DNA from: Tubulanus polymorphus
Taxonomy: Eukaryota; Animalia; Nemertea
Direction: 5' to 3'
NCBI RefSeq assembly: GCF_964204645.1
Contig: NC_134030.1
Span: 13,882,656 to 13,946,655, forward strand
Length of the DNA: 64,000 bases
Part shown: positions 12,116 through 23,835 of the stretch, piece after piece
How positions within the stretch are numbered: position 1 is the first letter of the stretch
How the letters are laid out: each line of letters begins with the position of its first letter
Made by a program: the position numbers and the translations under genes
Notes under the pieces: generated by a model
What the model was told of the DNA's origin: nothing
The model's database searches: none
The model's input: the letters and a program-made list of their open reading frames with translations, nothing else

Positions 12116-12849
12116 TTTAATAACAAATTTTTAATTAAAATTTGATTAACATGTGATAATTCTTTTCATAATCTCATTCTCTTTTGTTTCTTCTCTTTTA
12201 AACTTTAAGTATTCATCTAAATTACAACCATTAGCAACTCTGTGTATACAATCATCTAAAATATATCTTTTAGGCCAAAAAAGATGCCTTGTTTCTCATC
12301 ACACTTTTGTTTTTTACCATGACGAGGGCGGGCGGTTTTTATTTCTAAGTACTTTTAAAAAAAAGTAGAAATAAAAAGAACTGTTTGAATTTTTTTTGGA
12401 GATGCGGGAGGTGTCTTTTTATTTTTATTATATCAATAAAAATATCCCTCTGACATATTTTCTTCAGATGCGGGAGGTAGTTTTTTATTTTTATTTAACA
12501 GGAAAATCACTGCTTAATCCTAAAAATGATTGGTGAATCCTGAAAATCCATTGCAACACCTTCTACGGTCCTAGAAATATCGGCTTTCAGTAAATCTGGA
12601 CACTCTATATACTTCTCGTGAACGTCACGCATTTCTTCACTAACTGTCAAGTTTGAGTAAGAACCGGCCAACGCATTTTCGAAAAGTTCCATCACTGTTG
12701 ACTTTGGAGATACTTGTAGAATTGGCCAACGTAGTATTGGCTCCTTTTGGAATATTATTTGAACAGATAGCAACATCTTGGACGCTATTAGCACCACATT
12801 TTACCAAGAGAAATCGCTTCGAAATAAGAATCAAGCCAGAAATCAAGTT

Positions 12850-15800
12850 TTAGTTTTATATGAATACATTTAAGATCTAATACCTATAAATTCTATCATT
12901 TCTTCACCACCTAATTCATCTTTGAATTTACCAGGAACTTTTTTATTATCATTGTTAAACAATTCATGATCTTTAGGATAATTACTAAAGTCGAAATGAT
13001 GTTTTAATGGTTTTAAATCATCTGTTATATTATTAGTTTTTATCTTTAATATGTAAGAATCTGTATCAAAATATAAGATTTCTATATGCTTTCCTCCAAA
13101 ATGAGGTTGTAATACGTTATAATAGAATTCATACATTAATAATTTTGATATTTCTAAAACTGATGCTCCAACATAAATTGTTTTATTAAATTTCAAATTC
13201 TCCTAATTTTTACTGCAGCTAAATTTTCATCAAATATTCTGTTACCAATAAATTTAGGATATGTTTGTAAATATCTAATTCTTTTACCATTACTAACTAA
13301 CTCAATATTATTTCTCTTTCTAATATTTCCACAAGTCTTACCATAGAATGCATTCCTCATTAACTTGAAAACATCTTTCTCAAAATCAGTTTTAGCTTTA
13401 GTTCTCTGTTTGGTATATTTTAGGTATAGGTATATTTTATATAGATTGACTCAATGAAATATATCTATGTACTTTTCTTAGAATCATTCCTTGATTCAAA
13501 TAGAATTTTAACATTCTATAATGTACTACATAATTATATTTATCTTCTTGAGTTACCATTAACTTTTCTGTATGAATATGACTTTCAGGTTTAATTCTTT
13601 TTTGATAATTTGATAATTCTTCATGCGTAACAGTTTTATGTTCGGGACAGTATGCTAGATTTCTAGATTTAAATTTTCTATCTTCAGGATATTCCAAGTC
13701 TACAACAAAGAAGCAGCCAGTAACTGAATCATCTGCAATATCTAGAATTATTTTCTTCCAATCAAATTTATCATTATTTTCATGTTGTAAGACTTCAGTT
13801 ATTTCAAATACTCCATAAGGTTGAGGTTCCATCATTGCCCAACCATATAGATTATTTGCATCTATATATAATAACTTATATCCAGGGTTATCATTTACAT
13901 TGAAATATCTATCACCTAATACACCTGAAACTCCTCCTCTTATAGACTTTTCAAACAATAGTAATTGATCTTTATTTGTTTACAAATCCATTTTTATATC
14001 TGTAAATTTTAAACCACAGTCCCAAGTTAAACCTGGTGACGAATAACAATAGCATGGATCAATATCAAAATATTTTAGATTTACATCTCTAAACCTTTCA
14101 AATATATCAGTTAATAATAATACATCTGATTTTAAATATAAATCTACTAATTGTCCATGATTTTTTATTCCAAAATGATTCCAAATATTCAATGTTCTAT
14201 TATAGACTTCATCTTTAACATATTCGTTTTTTAATTCATCATAGAATTGTTCTTTTAATAATTCAGTTATATTGAAATCATTATGATTTTTATAAAATGA
14301 ATATGGAATTGCGCCTTTATATCTCATTAATTGAAAATCATCATTGTTTGGATAGTGTTGTTTTAGTATTTTTAATTCATCATCAACTAATGATTTTGAT
14401 AAATTATCTAATGAACTATTCAAAAATCTATATGAATCTATAAATCTTAGGCATCCAAATTGGAAAGATATATAATTCTCTGATGTTTTAGCTAACATTT
14501 TAAATTTATAAGTTGGTATTTCATCTTTTGATCTATTTGAATTTAATCTTTCTATTTCATCATTGATTTCTTCTATTTTATGACATTTTATGATAAATAA
14601 ATGAGCATCATACCCTGATAAATTATGAAATATAACTGGAACAAAATTGATTCTCTTAGCTTGTAAGTTACAATTCTCATGGGCTGCACCTCTAAATTTT
14701 CCATTCAAATGATCATGATCTCTAACTTTTTTATCTTTGAAATTAAATATCTTTTCACAATAATAACATTTATCTGCAAACTCAAATTCTTCTTTATCTT
14801 TTTCTGTCATTTTAATTTCTATATTAGTATCTAATAGTTTACTAAACTCCATTTCATATTCAATTAATAAGTCACAAAAATGATTGATAACATTCTCATT
14901 TCTATAATCATAATATTCACTTTTAATTAGTACTGGGTAATCAGATTAAATATACAACCCGAAAGCTGCAGCTGATTGATGAATCTGTTTATTTGTATTC
15001 GTTATTAGAGGATCTGAATAATCAATTACATCACTTTCATTAGAATTTAATTTCTTTCTTTCATAATATATTTCTTTTCTATCTTGGTCAGTTAATTCCT
15101 TATTTAGTGATTCAAAATCTACATATATTACAAATGGTACTTAATTCTTGTAATCATATTTTTTGAATTCTAATTTTTTATCCTTTTCATTTGGTAAAAC
15201 TATTTTACAATAATCATGATTTTCACATAATTGCTTATGATTTAATAATGCCCTTTCATTACTGAATTTAGTTATACATTTTCTACATAGATATATTTTA
15301 TTGTGATTATTTTCTGTTCTAAAAAATAAATCTATTTTTTTTATTCCACATATAATGATTTTCATAATATAATATATCTATAACACCATTTGAATCATAA
15401 TCTTTTGATAAATACAAAGGCTCTAATGTAAAATGTTCAATATTATTGCCTTTTGTATTTGGTAATTTGATTAAATCGAATACATTTATTTTTAGATTAT
15501 TATCTCTTTCTATTTTTGGGATATTTTTAATTCTAACAGGATAATTATCTATCTTATAATTATTTTCAAATTGTTTATAATTTGTTAATCTAAAACTATG
15601 TTGTTTATAAACTTCAACTGGGTGTAAGCAACTAATTATTGACCATAGAAAACATTTATCATCTTCATTTTGTACATTTATAACAGCATTAGTTTTAAAT
15701 GGTAGTTTAATATAACTTGATCCATTTATATTATCATCTTTATAATATGATAAATTATTTTCATCTATTGGTTTTGATTTAGTTAACTTATTATATTTTG

Positions 15801-15955
15801 TGTTATAAACATGTTAAGTCATAAATATTATTTCATCAAATGTTAAACCCGATCCTTCAAAATATTTCTCTTCTATTTTACTTTTTATTTCATTATAACA
15901 TTTATTTAATCTATCATCTATATGTTGTTTAGATATGATATGTTGTGAATGAGAA
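12850..15955 (-). pseudogene. Protein-primed family B DNA polymerase (pPolB), central and C-terminal part
   Basis: Motifs in order: GSSYIKLP..VINVQNEDDKCFLWSI; ExoI YVDFES; endonuclease VII-like CYYC..RDHDHLNGKFRGAAHENCN; ExoII FHNLSGYD; ExoIII YLKSDVLLL; motif A YIDANNLYGWAM; motif B KLMRNAFYGK; motif C YFDTDS; PGKFKDE. Several stops and frameshifts. Confidence 0.93.
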
Positions 15956-16871
15956 TTTTTGCAACAGAAACGACCCGAAGACATATTTGGATGAAAAGGC
16001 CAAGCGCCCTAGCTGCTTGACGTTTATTATATACAAAACATAAAAATTAGAAATGTCAAAAACGCCCTTGCTGTTTTTGACGTATACAAAAAAACCATTA
16101 CACACTTATTAACTAATATTTAGACAATGATATTATAAACATAAAATCATAAAATTATGGCCAAAACGCCCTAGCTGTTTTGACCTAGTTATGGAGATGA
16201 ATAATACAGAGTTACGTAATATTAAGACGAAGTCAAACGCCCTAGCTGTTTGACCAAATTAATTAATGAGTCAATACGCCAAAGTGGGCTCAGAAAATGC
16301 CACCAATTCGAAAGGTGCTAAGGAAGGGGATGGTGAGTGGTAAAACGTAACCTTTCACGCTCGGGATGCGGAAGAGAAAGGAACTTGTACTCAACAGTGA
16401 TTGGCTGAGAGAACGAAGAGATATATTGGCGGCGCCACCAGCTGGAGGCGCCTGGCAAAGCGCTCGGTTCGTTTGGGTCGCAAAAATGTTGATGAGCAAT
16501 CGTTACTCGCCCATCTCTTGTTTTTTGCAACAGAAACGACCCGAAGACATATTTGGATGAAAAGGCCAAGCGCCCTAGCTGCTTGACGTTTATTATATAC
16601 AAAACATAAAAATTAGAAATGTCAAAAACGCCCTAGCTGTTTTTGACGTATACAAAAAAAAACCATTACAAACTTATTAACTAATATTTAGACAATGATA
16701 TTATAAACATAAAATCATAAAATTATGGCCAAAACGCCCTAGCTGTTTTGACCTAGTTATGGAGATGAATAATACAGAGTTACGTAATATTAAGACGAAG
16801 TCAAACGCCGTAGCTGTTTGACCTAATTAATTAGTGAGTTAATACGCCAAAGTGGGCTCAGAAAATGCCAC
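15956..16871 (-). repeat. Ngaro 3' terminal repeat block B1-A2-B2
   Basis: A ~345-bp B sequence (gcaacagaaacgacccgaag...gggctcagaaaatgccac) occurs twice, flanking a ~184-bp A sequence that recurs at 20596-20779. Confidence 0.92.
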
Positions 16872-16908
16872 ACAGCCACCCATATGCGGCTGAGCCCACA
16901 GAGACTAT

Positions 16909-17469
16909 CTAGACAGCCTGCCCACGGTGCCGCCTGGTGGAATCTGCGGTACGGTACTGAAAACGAGAGAGTAAGTCCGGTAGAATATTAAAACGGCCTG
17001 GTATATGCTCACTGAGGAAAACAATGTTACATTTCAACCAAATTGATACCCTTTTCCGGACAAGGGTCATCATGGCTCTGTCCCGTGAAGACCGACGATT
17101 GATGACATTAACAACCGCTTGATTGTCAGAATGAAAACATATGGTCTTATTCCGCCATTGCTCCCCTCGAACGGCTAGAGCCGCTACAATTGGGTACAGC
17201 TCTAGGACTGCAATGGAGTAATTTTTCCAACTGGTCGGGCAGGCGCCACTGAACCAATGGGGCCCAAATATAGCCCCGTTTCCCAACGCCCCCGCAGAGT
17301 CGGTATAAAGGTTCAACCGTTCGTTAGTCAATCTCCTGTCGTCTATGAAAAACGACTTGCCGTTGAAGCCTGCGAGAAAAACACGCCAGACGTGGAGATC
17401 TTTTTTGGACTCGGGCGTGAGCGTAACGTGAAATGACTTATGAGGAACGCCGACCGTCAGATCAATCAA
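16909..17469 (-). pseudogene. DIRS/Ngaro-type RNase H domain fused by deletion to a putative gag N-terminus (~17470-17650)
   Basis: LYTDSAG..GAIFGPHWF; IAVLELYPIV; FHSDNQAVV; HIPGRFNILPDLLSR. Confidence 0.88.
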
Positions 17470-17749
17470 TGTGTATTTGCAGCGGTGTTTGCAGGGATAG
17501 CGTTGACCTGGGGTAACAAAGAGACCGCTCTTTCGAGAGTCTCCAGAAGGCGGTCTGCCCTAGCCTCCTTCTCTGAGATAGCCCCAGCTGGCGCTTTCCT
17601 TCACTTGTTTACGGCTGGGGTTGCCTGTTGCTTTCTCTTGTTGCGCTGCATTATTAATTTGACTACCAAAACACAAAATACGTGCGGGTTATTAACCATA
17701 CCAGTATTATGAATAAGACCTGCCTACCACAGGCCCTCTGTGATTATCC

Positions 17750-17930
17750 AACGGGCACCTGGTCAGGAAAATTAAGCCCTATTATTAATTATTATTTCGT
17801 GGGCACCTGCCCAGGAGCAGGAAAAATAAGCCCTAATATTAATGATTATTTCGTGGGCACCATGGCCAGAAGAAGGAAAATTAAGCCCTAATATTAATGA
17901 TTATTTCGTGGGCACCTGCCCAGAAGCAGG
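17750..17930. repeat. 54-bp tandem repeat, left part (~3 units)
   Basis: Unit gtgggcacctgcccagaagcaggaaaattaagccctaatattaatgattatttc. Confidence 0.9.
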
Positions 17931-17931
17931 A

Positions 17932-19584
17932 TAAAGGTCCAATGGCCCTGTGGCTCACCATTAAATCATTGAGTGCATATAATGTCAAAAATATTATACT
18001 AAATATGAATTAATTTGGATTAGAGATGTATGAGGCTGACAATATATGCGCCTGCGGATGCGCGAGAGTGCTGTGTCTACTATTATTGCCTAGTCGCTCA
18101 GGTGATTACTAACACACATACTGTAACCTATATCCCAGCGGATATGAACGCGGCATCTCACTATCAAAGAGCCAGTATCAACAGCAATTTAATTGGTACT
18201 GACAGCTGTAAGTGGTCAAACTCACACTGAGCATCACTGACCCGCTGGATCCCAGCTGCTTGTTACTATGGTTATAGGCAAGAGTGAATAAAGAGAAAAA
18301 CTTTTCCAAACTTACACTAAGAAAATGAAGAAATTAGCAGTGAAAAATCAGTTTTGAAGTCTTGTTGCATTCAAGAGTGAATATTTTCTGAGGATACCAA
18401 AGTCAATGTTTACATTACAAAATGTCAGAACTAATTTCCAAGTTGAAACATTATATTTAGACGGCTAAATAGCAGCACACGACTCACTCACGATGAGATA
18501 ATTTCAGATAATAAGTTAATCCACAAATAGTCGTTATTTGTAAGCATATTGAACATAGTCTAAGCTTAATCGTTGGGTGCATAAAATAAGAAATTAATCC
18601 ACGAAAACTTGAATTTCATGCTTAAATATATTTTAATTAGTAATGTGTTCTTTGAGTATATAGAAATAAAACAAATCCAGAGGAATAAAGATGACCAGGA
18701 TGGGAAAACTTTTAGTATTATTCACTCTTGTTGTATATAGTAGTCGCCTGACCTCAGTTACCTAAGCGACACAGTATTAGATTGACCGCAATGTCACAAG
18801 TCAGAATCCATCCATCGACAAAATGTAAAAAAAAAAAAAAAAAAAAAATTTTGTTTTGGGTTCACATTAGGGGCGTACTCTTTTATGACCTCCGAAGTCT
18901 CCGTCCGAAATCTCCGGTTGGCTCCACACAAAATCCGAATCACACCACCTCGACAGAAAGGAGGTTTCGGAGACTCCAAAAAGTCACGTGACCAATAAAA
19001 GAGTACGATTGGAGGCAAACGGATTCTCCGATCTGATAAAAGAGTTCGCCCTAGGCTTTCCCAATGGGCTTTCCCAATTACATCAGAAACGCCGGAATTC
19101 CCGTATATCCCACAAACAGCCAATCACATTCATTGTAGCTCAGGTTGCAAGGTCAACTCAAATAAATACAAGCAAGGAAATTTAGGGGGTTCATAAAGTG
19201 AGGGCCTGTAGGTCGAAAAGTACATTGAGATCAATCGAACTAAAAACGGCGACACTTCCAGGAAGGATTGAACTTTTATATATTTCAATTCCAAGCATGC
19301 AAATTGTCATACGTAAAAACGTGCCATTACTTAGTGCTTAGGGTTTAGGGTTTAGGTGCTTAGGGTTTTTGCGTGTTTGTCAAGAATAAGTCCCCTAAAA
19401 ATAACTCGATCACCATGAAATTTTTGTGGGCTCGAGAACTCATTAAGCCAAACCATGACACCAAAAATCAACACTATTGGTTCAACAGCCAATGTTTGTG
19501 CCTTGTTGACACACCGGTACTCTATTCATTTTCAATGAAAACTGCTTCATCAGACCGTTTACATAGGCAAACCTACGGTTCGCC
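17932..19584. mobile_element. Composite non-coding insertion (Helentron/HINE-like plus MITE-like pieces) splitting the 54-bp array
   Basis: The array breaks at cagaagcagga and resumes at aaaattaagccc. End hairpin ggcaaacctacggttcgcc (19565-19584), (tttaggg)-like microsatellite at ~19337-19367, internal inverted caagagtgaataa (~18279 and ~18720). Confidence 0.5.
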
Positions 19585-19962
19585 AAAAATTAAGCCCTAA
19601 TATTAATGGTTTTTCGTGGGCACCTGCCCAGAAGCAGGAAAATTAAGCCCTTATATCAATAATTATCTCGTGGGCACCTGCCCAGAAGCAGGAAAATTAA
19701 GCCCTAATGTTAATGATTATTTCCTGGGCACCTGCCCAGAAGCAGGAAAATTAAGCCCTAATATTAATGACTATTTTCTGGGCACCTGCCCAGAAGCAGG
19801 AAAATTAAGCCCTAATATTAATGATTATTTCGTGGGCACCTGGCCAGAAGCAGGAAAATTAAGCCCTAATATTAATGATTATTTTGTGGGCACCTGCCCA
19901 GAAGCAGGAAAATTAAGCCCTTACATTAATGGTTATTTCGAGGGCACCTGCCCAGAAGCAGG
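19585..19962. repeat. 54-bp tandem repeat, right part (~7 units)
   Basis: Same unit as 17750-17930; translates as (GTCPEAGKLSPNINDYFV)n. Confidence 0.92.
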
Positions 19963-19964
19963 AC

Positions 19965-20516
19965 CGATATAGTTTCATATTGCCCTGTTTGTTCAAGTGA
20001 ACTAGATCCCCACCATACAGATTATATCTAGAATTCCAAAACCCCCGATGCCGCCAGGAAAATATCTTTTCGCACCCTGTGCAAGCGGCGTGCAGGAATT
20101 CCTGCACTTGTCCAACCCTACTATTCCCAGTAATTTCGTTAAAACTGCGCCATCTCTGGCGGCGAATAGGGTCACATATATACACAACAGCGCCTGTACG
20201 CTCGACAATAGCATTAGCGTATTGGAAATGTTCATCCCAACAAGCGCTGGGGTCAGATACCGGTTATCTAGGTCGTTCGACCCAATCTGTAGCAAACTAA
20301 TGTAGGCCGCTGCTAGCAGATCAATGAGAGCATATCACGGTTTGTCAACATGTCTATAGTTGCTCCCCCAATACCGATCGAATGAGGCGCCGTAAAATCT
20401 AAACCAGCTAGATCCCAATCGGAATTAACAATAGAGGAAGCACAACTATTCTCCCTCACAAAATCACCCAGGCGCATTATATAACTATGGCCTACGACTA
20501 CAATGTTCTTAGACAT
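19965..20516 (-). pseudogene. SGNH/GDSL hydrolase ORF of the Ngaro element (frameshifted)
   Basis: Block I IVVVGHSY, block II GIGGAT, block III LQIGSND, block V DLVHLN, spread over three frames. Confidence 0.82.
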
Positions 20517-20779
20517 CCTATCTAAAAGTTCTGGTATACAAAAATATCGGATGAGTACGTAAAAAAAGGATAATCAACGATAAGAAAAGAAGAAATAAAA
20601 CGTAACCTTTCACGCTCGGGATGCGGAAGAGAAAGGAACTTGTACTCAACAGTGATTGGCTGAGAGAACGAAGAGATATATTGGCGGCGCCACCAGCTGG
20701 AGGCGCCTGGCAAAGCGCTCGGTTCGTTTCGGTCGTAAAAATGTTGATGAGCAATCGTTACTCGCCCATCTCTTGTTTT

Positions 20780-21408
20780 ATATTATATGTTGGTTTATCT
20801 TCAGATTCTAAAAATTTAACTTTAGAAGATATGCTAATTTTAGGGTATTCTACGTCTGTAATTATTTCTATAATATTTTTCATATTTTCTAAATGTTTTT
20901 TATTTTCTTCTAATGTTTTGCCTTTATGAAATTTAAATTCAGTAGCAGCTGGACCAATATCACTTTTAAATGCTTCAGTTATCTCTATTTCTTTTTTATT
21001 ATCTAATGAATTAATATAATTTCTAACATCTTCCATGTATGGCCTTTTATTGTTTATTTTATTTTTTATTCTTTTAATTGTCTTCTGTTTCTTATCTTTA
21101 TCTTTATCAAAATAATCTTCACCTAAAATATCATTATTAATATTTCTAATATGACTTTTAGATTTTAAATGTTGTTCATAATATCTTTTTTCACTGAATG
21201 ATTGATTACATGTATCACATTTGTATGTTTCTTTTTCAATCTTCAATTCCTCTAATTTATTTTCAAATATATCATCTTTATATTCTAAGTTTAATCTATT
21301 TTCTAAGTGAGATTTAGTTTTATTGTGTCTTGCTTTTTGAGATTTATCTATATTAATTTTACATGTTGGACAGTAGTACTTCTTATTTGCTTCCATTTTA
21401 ATATCCAA
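20780..21408 (-). pseudogene. pPolB N-terminal region with two C2H2-type zinc fingers
   Basis: YYCPTC..RHNKTKSH and YKCDTC..QHLKSKSH. Removing the Ngaro insert joins PTYNIK (20780) to NSHSQHIISKQH..EGSG (15955) in one frame. Confidence 0.85.
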
Positions 21409-21466
21409 TTTTTTATTAAAATTGATTTTAGAAGTTATTCATATTCATATATATGAATATTTGAAG

Positions 21467-21587
21467 AGTAATCGGGATAATAGGGGTTCAGGTCAAAGGC
21501 TGAAAGGTCTAAAATTAATTCGAGTGAGCGAGAATTTATTTTTCGACCTTTCGACCTTTGGCTTGAACCCCTATTATCCCTATTACT
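21467..21587. repeat. Self-complementary right terminus of the Polinton-like element
   Basis: agtaatcgggataataggggttcaggtcaaaggctgaaaggtc...gacctttcgacctttggcttgaacccctattatccctattact forms an imperfect 121-bp hairpin. Confidence 0.85.
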
Positions 21588-21645
21588 TCTATCTATGTCA
21601 ATGTATTATGTATAATTTCCAAACTATTTCTCATCTTAATGTAAG

Positions 21646-23835
21646 GTCTTACTTGACTTAGCCACAGGCCTTGGTAGACATGACATTGATGATATTAAAT
21701 GGTCCATAATCGAACCACCTCACCAGAAACAACTTGATGGGCATAATTGTGGCGTGCTGACTATTTTGGTAGGATTGATTTGTTTAATTTCAATATTATT
21801 GATTTTTGTTTAACAAATCTCATTCAATTACATACGTGTATTCAACAGTATGCTGGCAGTGTTCTTCAACCCAGCTGGCAAACAACCGACATCTGACGTC
21901 GATTTTTGGTGGAGGTTGCACTGTTACGTAGAGACAACGTCGGACTTACGTCGGGTCAGACCAGTTAGCATGAGATCATCTTTATCACTGTTTATGACGT
22001 TGAAACGACGTCGCACTTTTCGACTAGTCGAAATTACGTTGGAAATATTTAACAAATCCAACACAAGAAAAAAAGTACTAATTTTGATCTAAAAAAGCAT
22101 TTCCTAATAAAAATGCCCTTTAAAACATATTTACCATCGTTTGGTCTTCTAAAGAACGATTAGGTAAAGTCGGAAAGGCGGTGAGATTCGAACCTGACAG
22201 GTACAGGCTATCGCGTTCGGTTTCGTAGCGAACGAGATCCATCCACCATATTGAACGTTGCCGAACCCCGTCGAACCGCACGCCGTTTTCAGTTTGTCAC
22301 TCATTATGTACATTATTTTGATCTAAGGTAAGTAATTTCATATATTTTAGTTGCTAGATCGCATAAATTTGGGCCTTAGATCGAGTTGAATAACGCGTTG
22401 GACAAAAAGCCTGTTGTAATGAGCAATTATAGAGGCTACGAGCCATTCCTTCCGGACCCGGGGCCCTGCCTTCCCTTTTGGGTTGCCCCTTTATTTTTCG
22501 TTGATATTTTTTTTACCTAGTTCCTTTAAACAATGATAATATGCCTTCTGTACTTCGTAACTAGTGAGACATACTACGTAGAGGACTTGCCTGAAATCGA
22601 TTTGTAATTAGATGGTATTTTTTTCAGAATGTGTAATGCGGCGTTTCGTGTGCAGCACTGAGTCCGAGGTTCTAAAGTCCATTGGAAATGCATTGAAATA
22701 TGCACCCGATCGTAAGGGTGGTGGTGGTAGATAGGCTTACGGTGTGAAGCTTATGTACCTAATGAAAAGTATTAGATGAATACTGAAATCCAATCTTAGC
22801 CTCTTTTTTTAGTGACTTATTATTGATGCCAAAGCAGGCAATTGTTAATGTATTTTTGTTTCAAATAAAGTTTTTTATTACATTCAATAAAAGAAAAGAT
22901 TGTATTCCTCTTTGTAACTGGTTAGGAATGATGGAATCTACCAACGTAGAAACAACGATAGAACAACGTGAATACAACGTTGGGACGCTGTAATATTTAA
23001 GACGTTTTTACAACGTCAGAAAAATACGTCAAAAAAACTTCCATTTTCGACCTGTTTTCCAATGAAAAAACAACGTACGTTAGTTTTTGACGTTGTTTCT
23101 ACGTATTACTGACGTAGAAATGCCAGCTGGGAAGGTACTGACACGACCCATATCTCAACAGTAAATACAAATTCACATCGTTGCACATTAGCCGCTGCAC
23201 TAGTTAATGAATCAGGTAGGCCCTCTACCTTATAGTTATTAAATTCAAAGTTCATTATAATGCGATCCTTTTTAATGCCAGTGCTCGCTAAATGCCATTT
23301 CAGAGAACAAATTTGCCGAATCTAACTCAAATTTGATGAAATTTCCATTCTTTATAATGCCAATTTTGTTATTACGCCATGTTTTCCATTTGTCCCAACA
23401 GTGTACTAATACTGTAGGCTTACACAAACTGATTGGCTATCTTTCTCCTTTTATCCTAGATGACATAAGTAACATATGCCATGTCTGTGGAAATGAAAAT
23501 GGCAAGTCTTCTGATTGGGTAAGTATAACTTGAATAGATTTAGGTGAGATAAATTTAAAAGACCAAAAGAATATACAATGTACCAACCGAATCATGGCTA
23601 GTAATTAAGGAGGGAGGGTCAAAGTCTTGTTTTGTGCTTTGATTGTTAAGACAGAAGCACCCATATATAAATGAACATTAATCAATATACAGTTCTGTTA
23701 TTTCTTTTCTAGGTAGGATGCAACTATTGCTATCGATGGTACCATGTGGTGTGTCTACCTCATACTTTAAACCGAAAGATAATTCTAAATTTTGATTGGA
23801 AATGTATTTTCTGCAAGCAGTACTGTACTAAGTAA
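21646..23835 (+). pseudogene. 3' exons of a second Ulp1-protease/PHD-finger gene, interrupted by an EnSpm element
   Basis: Exons: ..QKQLDGHNCGVLTIL (to 21768); YAGSVLQ/GTDT..NES (21849-21869 + 23134-23216); NICHVC..SDW (23460-23518); VGCNYCYRWYHVVC..WKCIFCKQYCTK* (23713-23835), a complete C4HC3 PHD. AATAAA follows. Confidence 0.8.
21870..23131. mobile_element. Non-autonomous EnSpm/CACTA (CMC)-type DNA transposon
   Basis: TIR CCCAGCTGGCA / TGCCAGCTGGG, 2-bp TSD AA, ACGT-rich subterminal repeats. Internal remnant SIGNALKYAPDRKGGGGR* (DUF4806/BEN-like end). Excision restores the host exon frame. Confidence 0.85.

Larger units (their letters stand above)
15956..20779 (-). mobile_element. Ngaro-type (DIRS order) tyrosine-recombinase retrotransposon, internally deleted
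   Basis: Split direct repeats A1 (20596-20779), internal region, B1 (~16525-16871), A2 (16341-16524), B2 (~15956-16303). Carries a DIRS-type RNase H and an SGNH hydrolase. Inserted at a T-run with no TSD beyond the shared TTTT. Confidence 0.9.
4130..21587 (-). mobile_element. Degraded Polinton/Maverick-like endogenous virus; left end lost, Ngaro element nested at 15956-20779
   Basis: Very AT-rich, intronless, gene-dense block with protein-primed PolB motifs and capsid-like ORFs. The right terminus ends ...CCCTATTACT at 21587 (AGT/ACT Polinton-type end). Left boundary is approximate. Confidence 0.85.

Noticed and set aside
12507-12850. ORFs in the more GC-rich patch replacing the pPolB C-terminus
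   Set aside because: No recognisable motifs; treated as an unidentified foreign fragment
19337-19367. Telomere-like (T)TTAGGG run
   Set aside because: Only 3-4 degenerate units inside a nested insertion; more likely a transposon-internal microsatellite
19585-19972. ORF 19616-19972 (GTCPEAGKLSPNINDYFV)n as a real protein, or the array as CRISPR
   Set aside because: Translation of a 54-bp tandem repeat antisense to the Ngaro genes; no spacers
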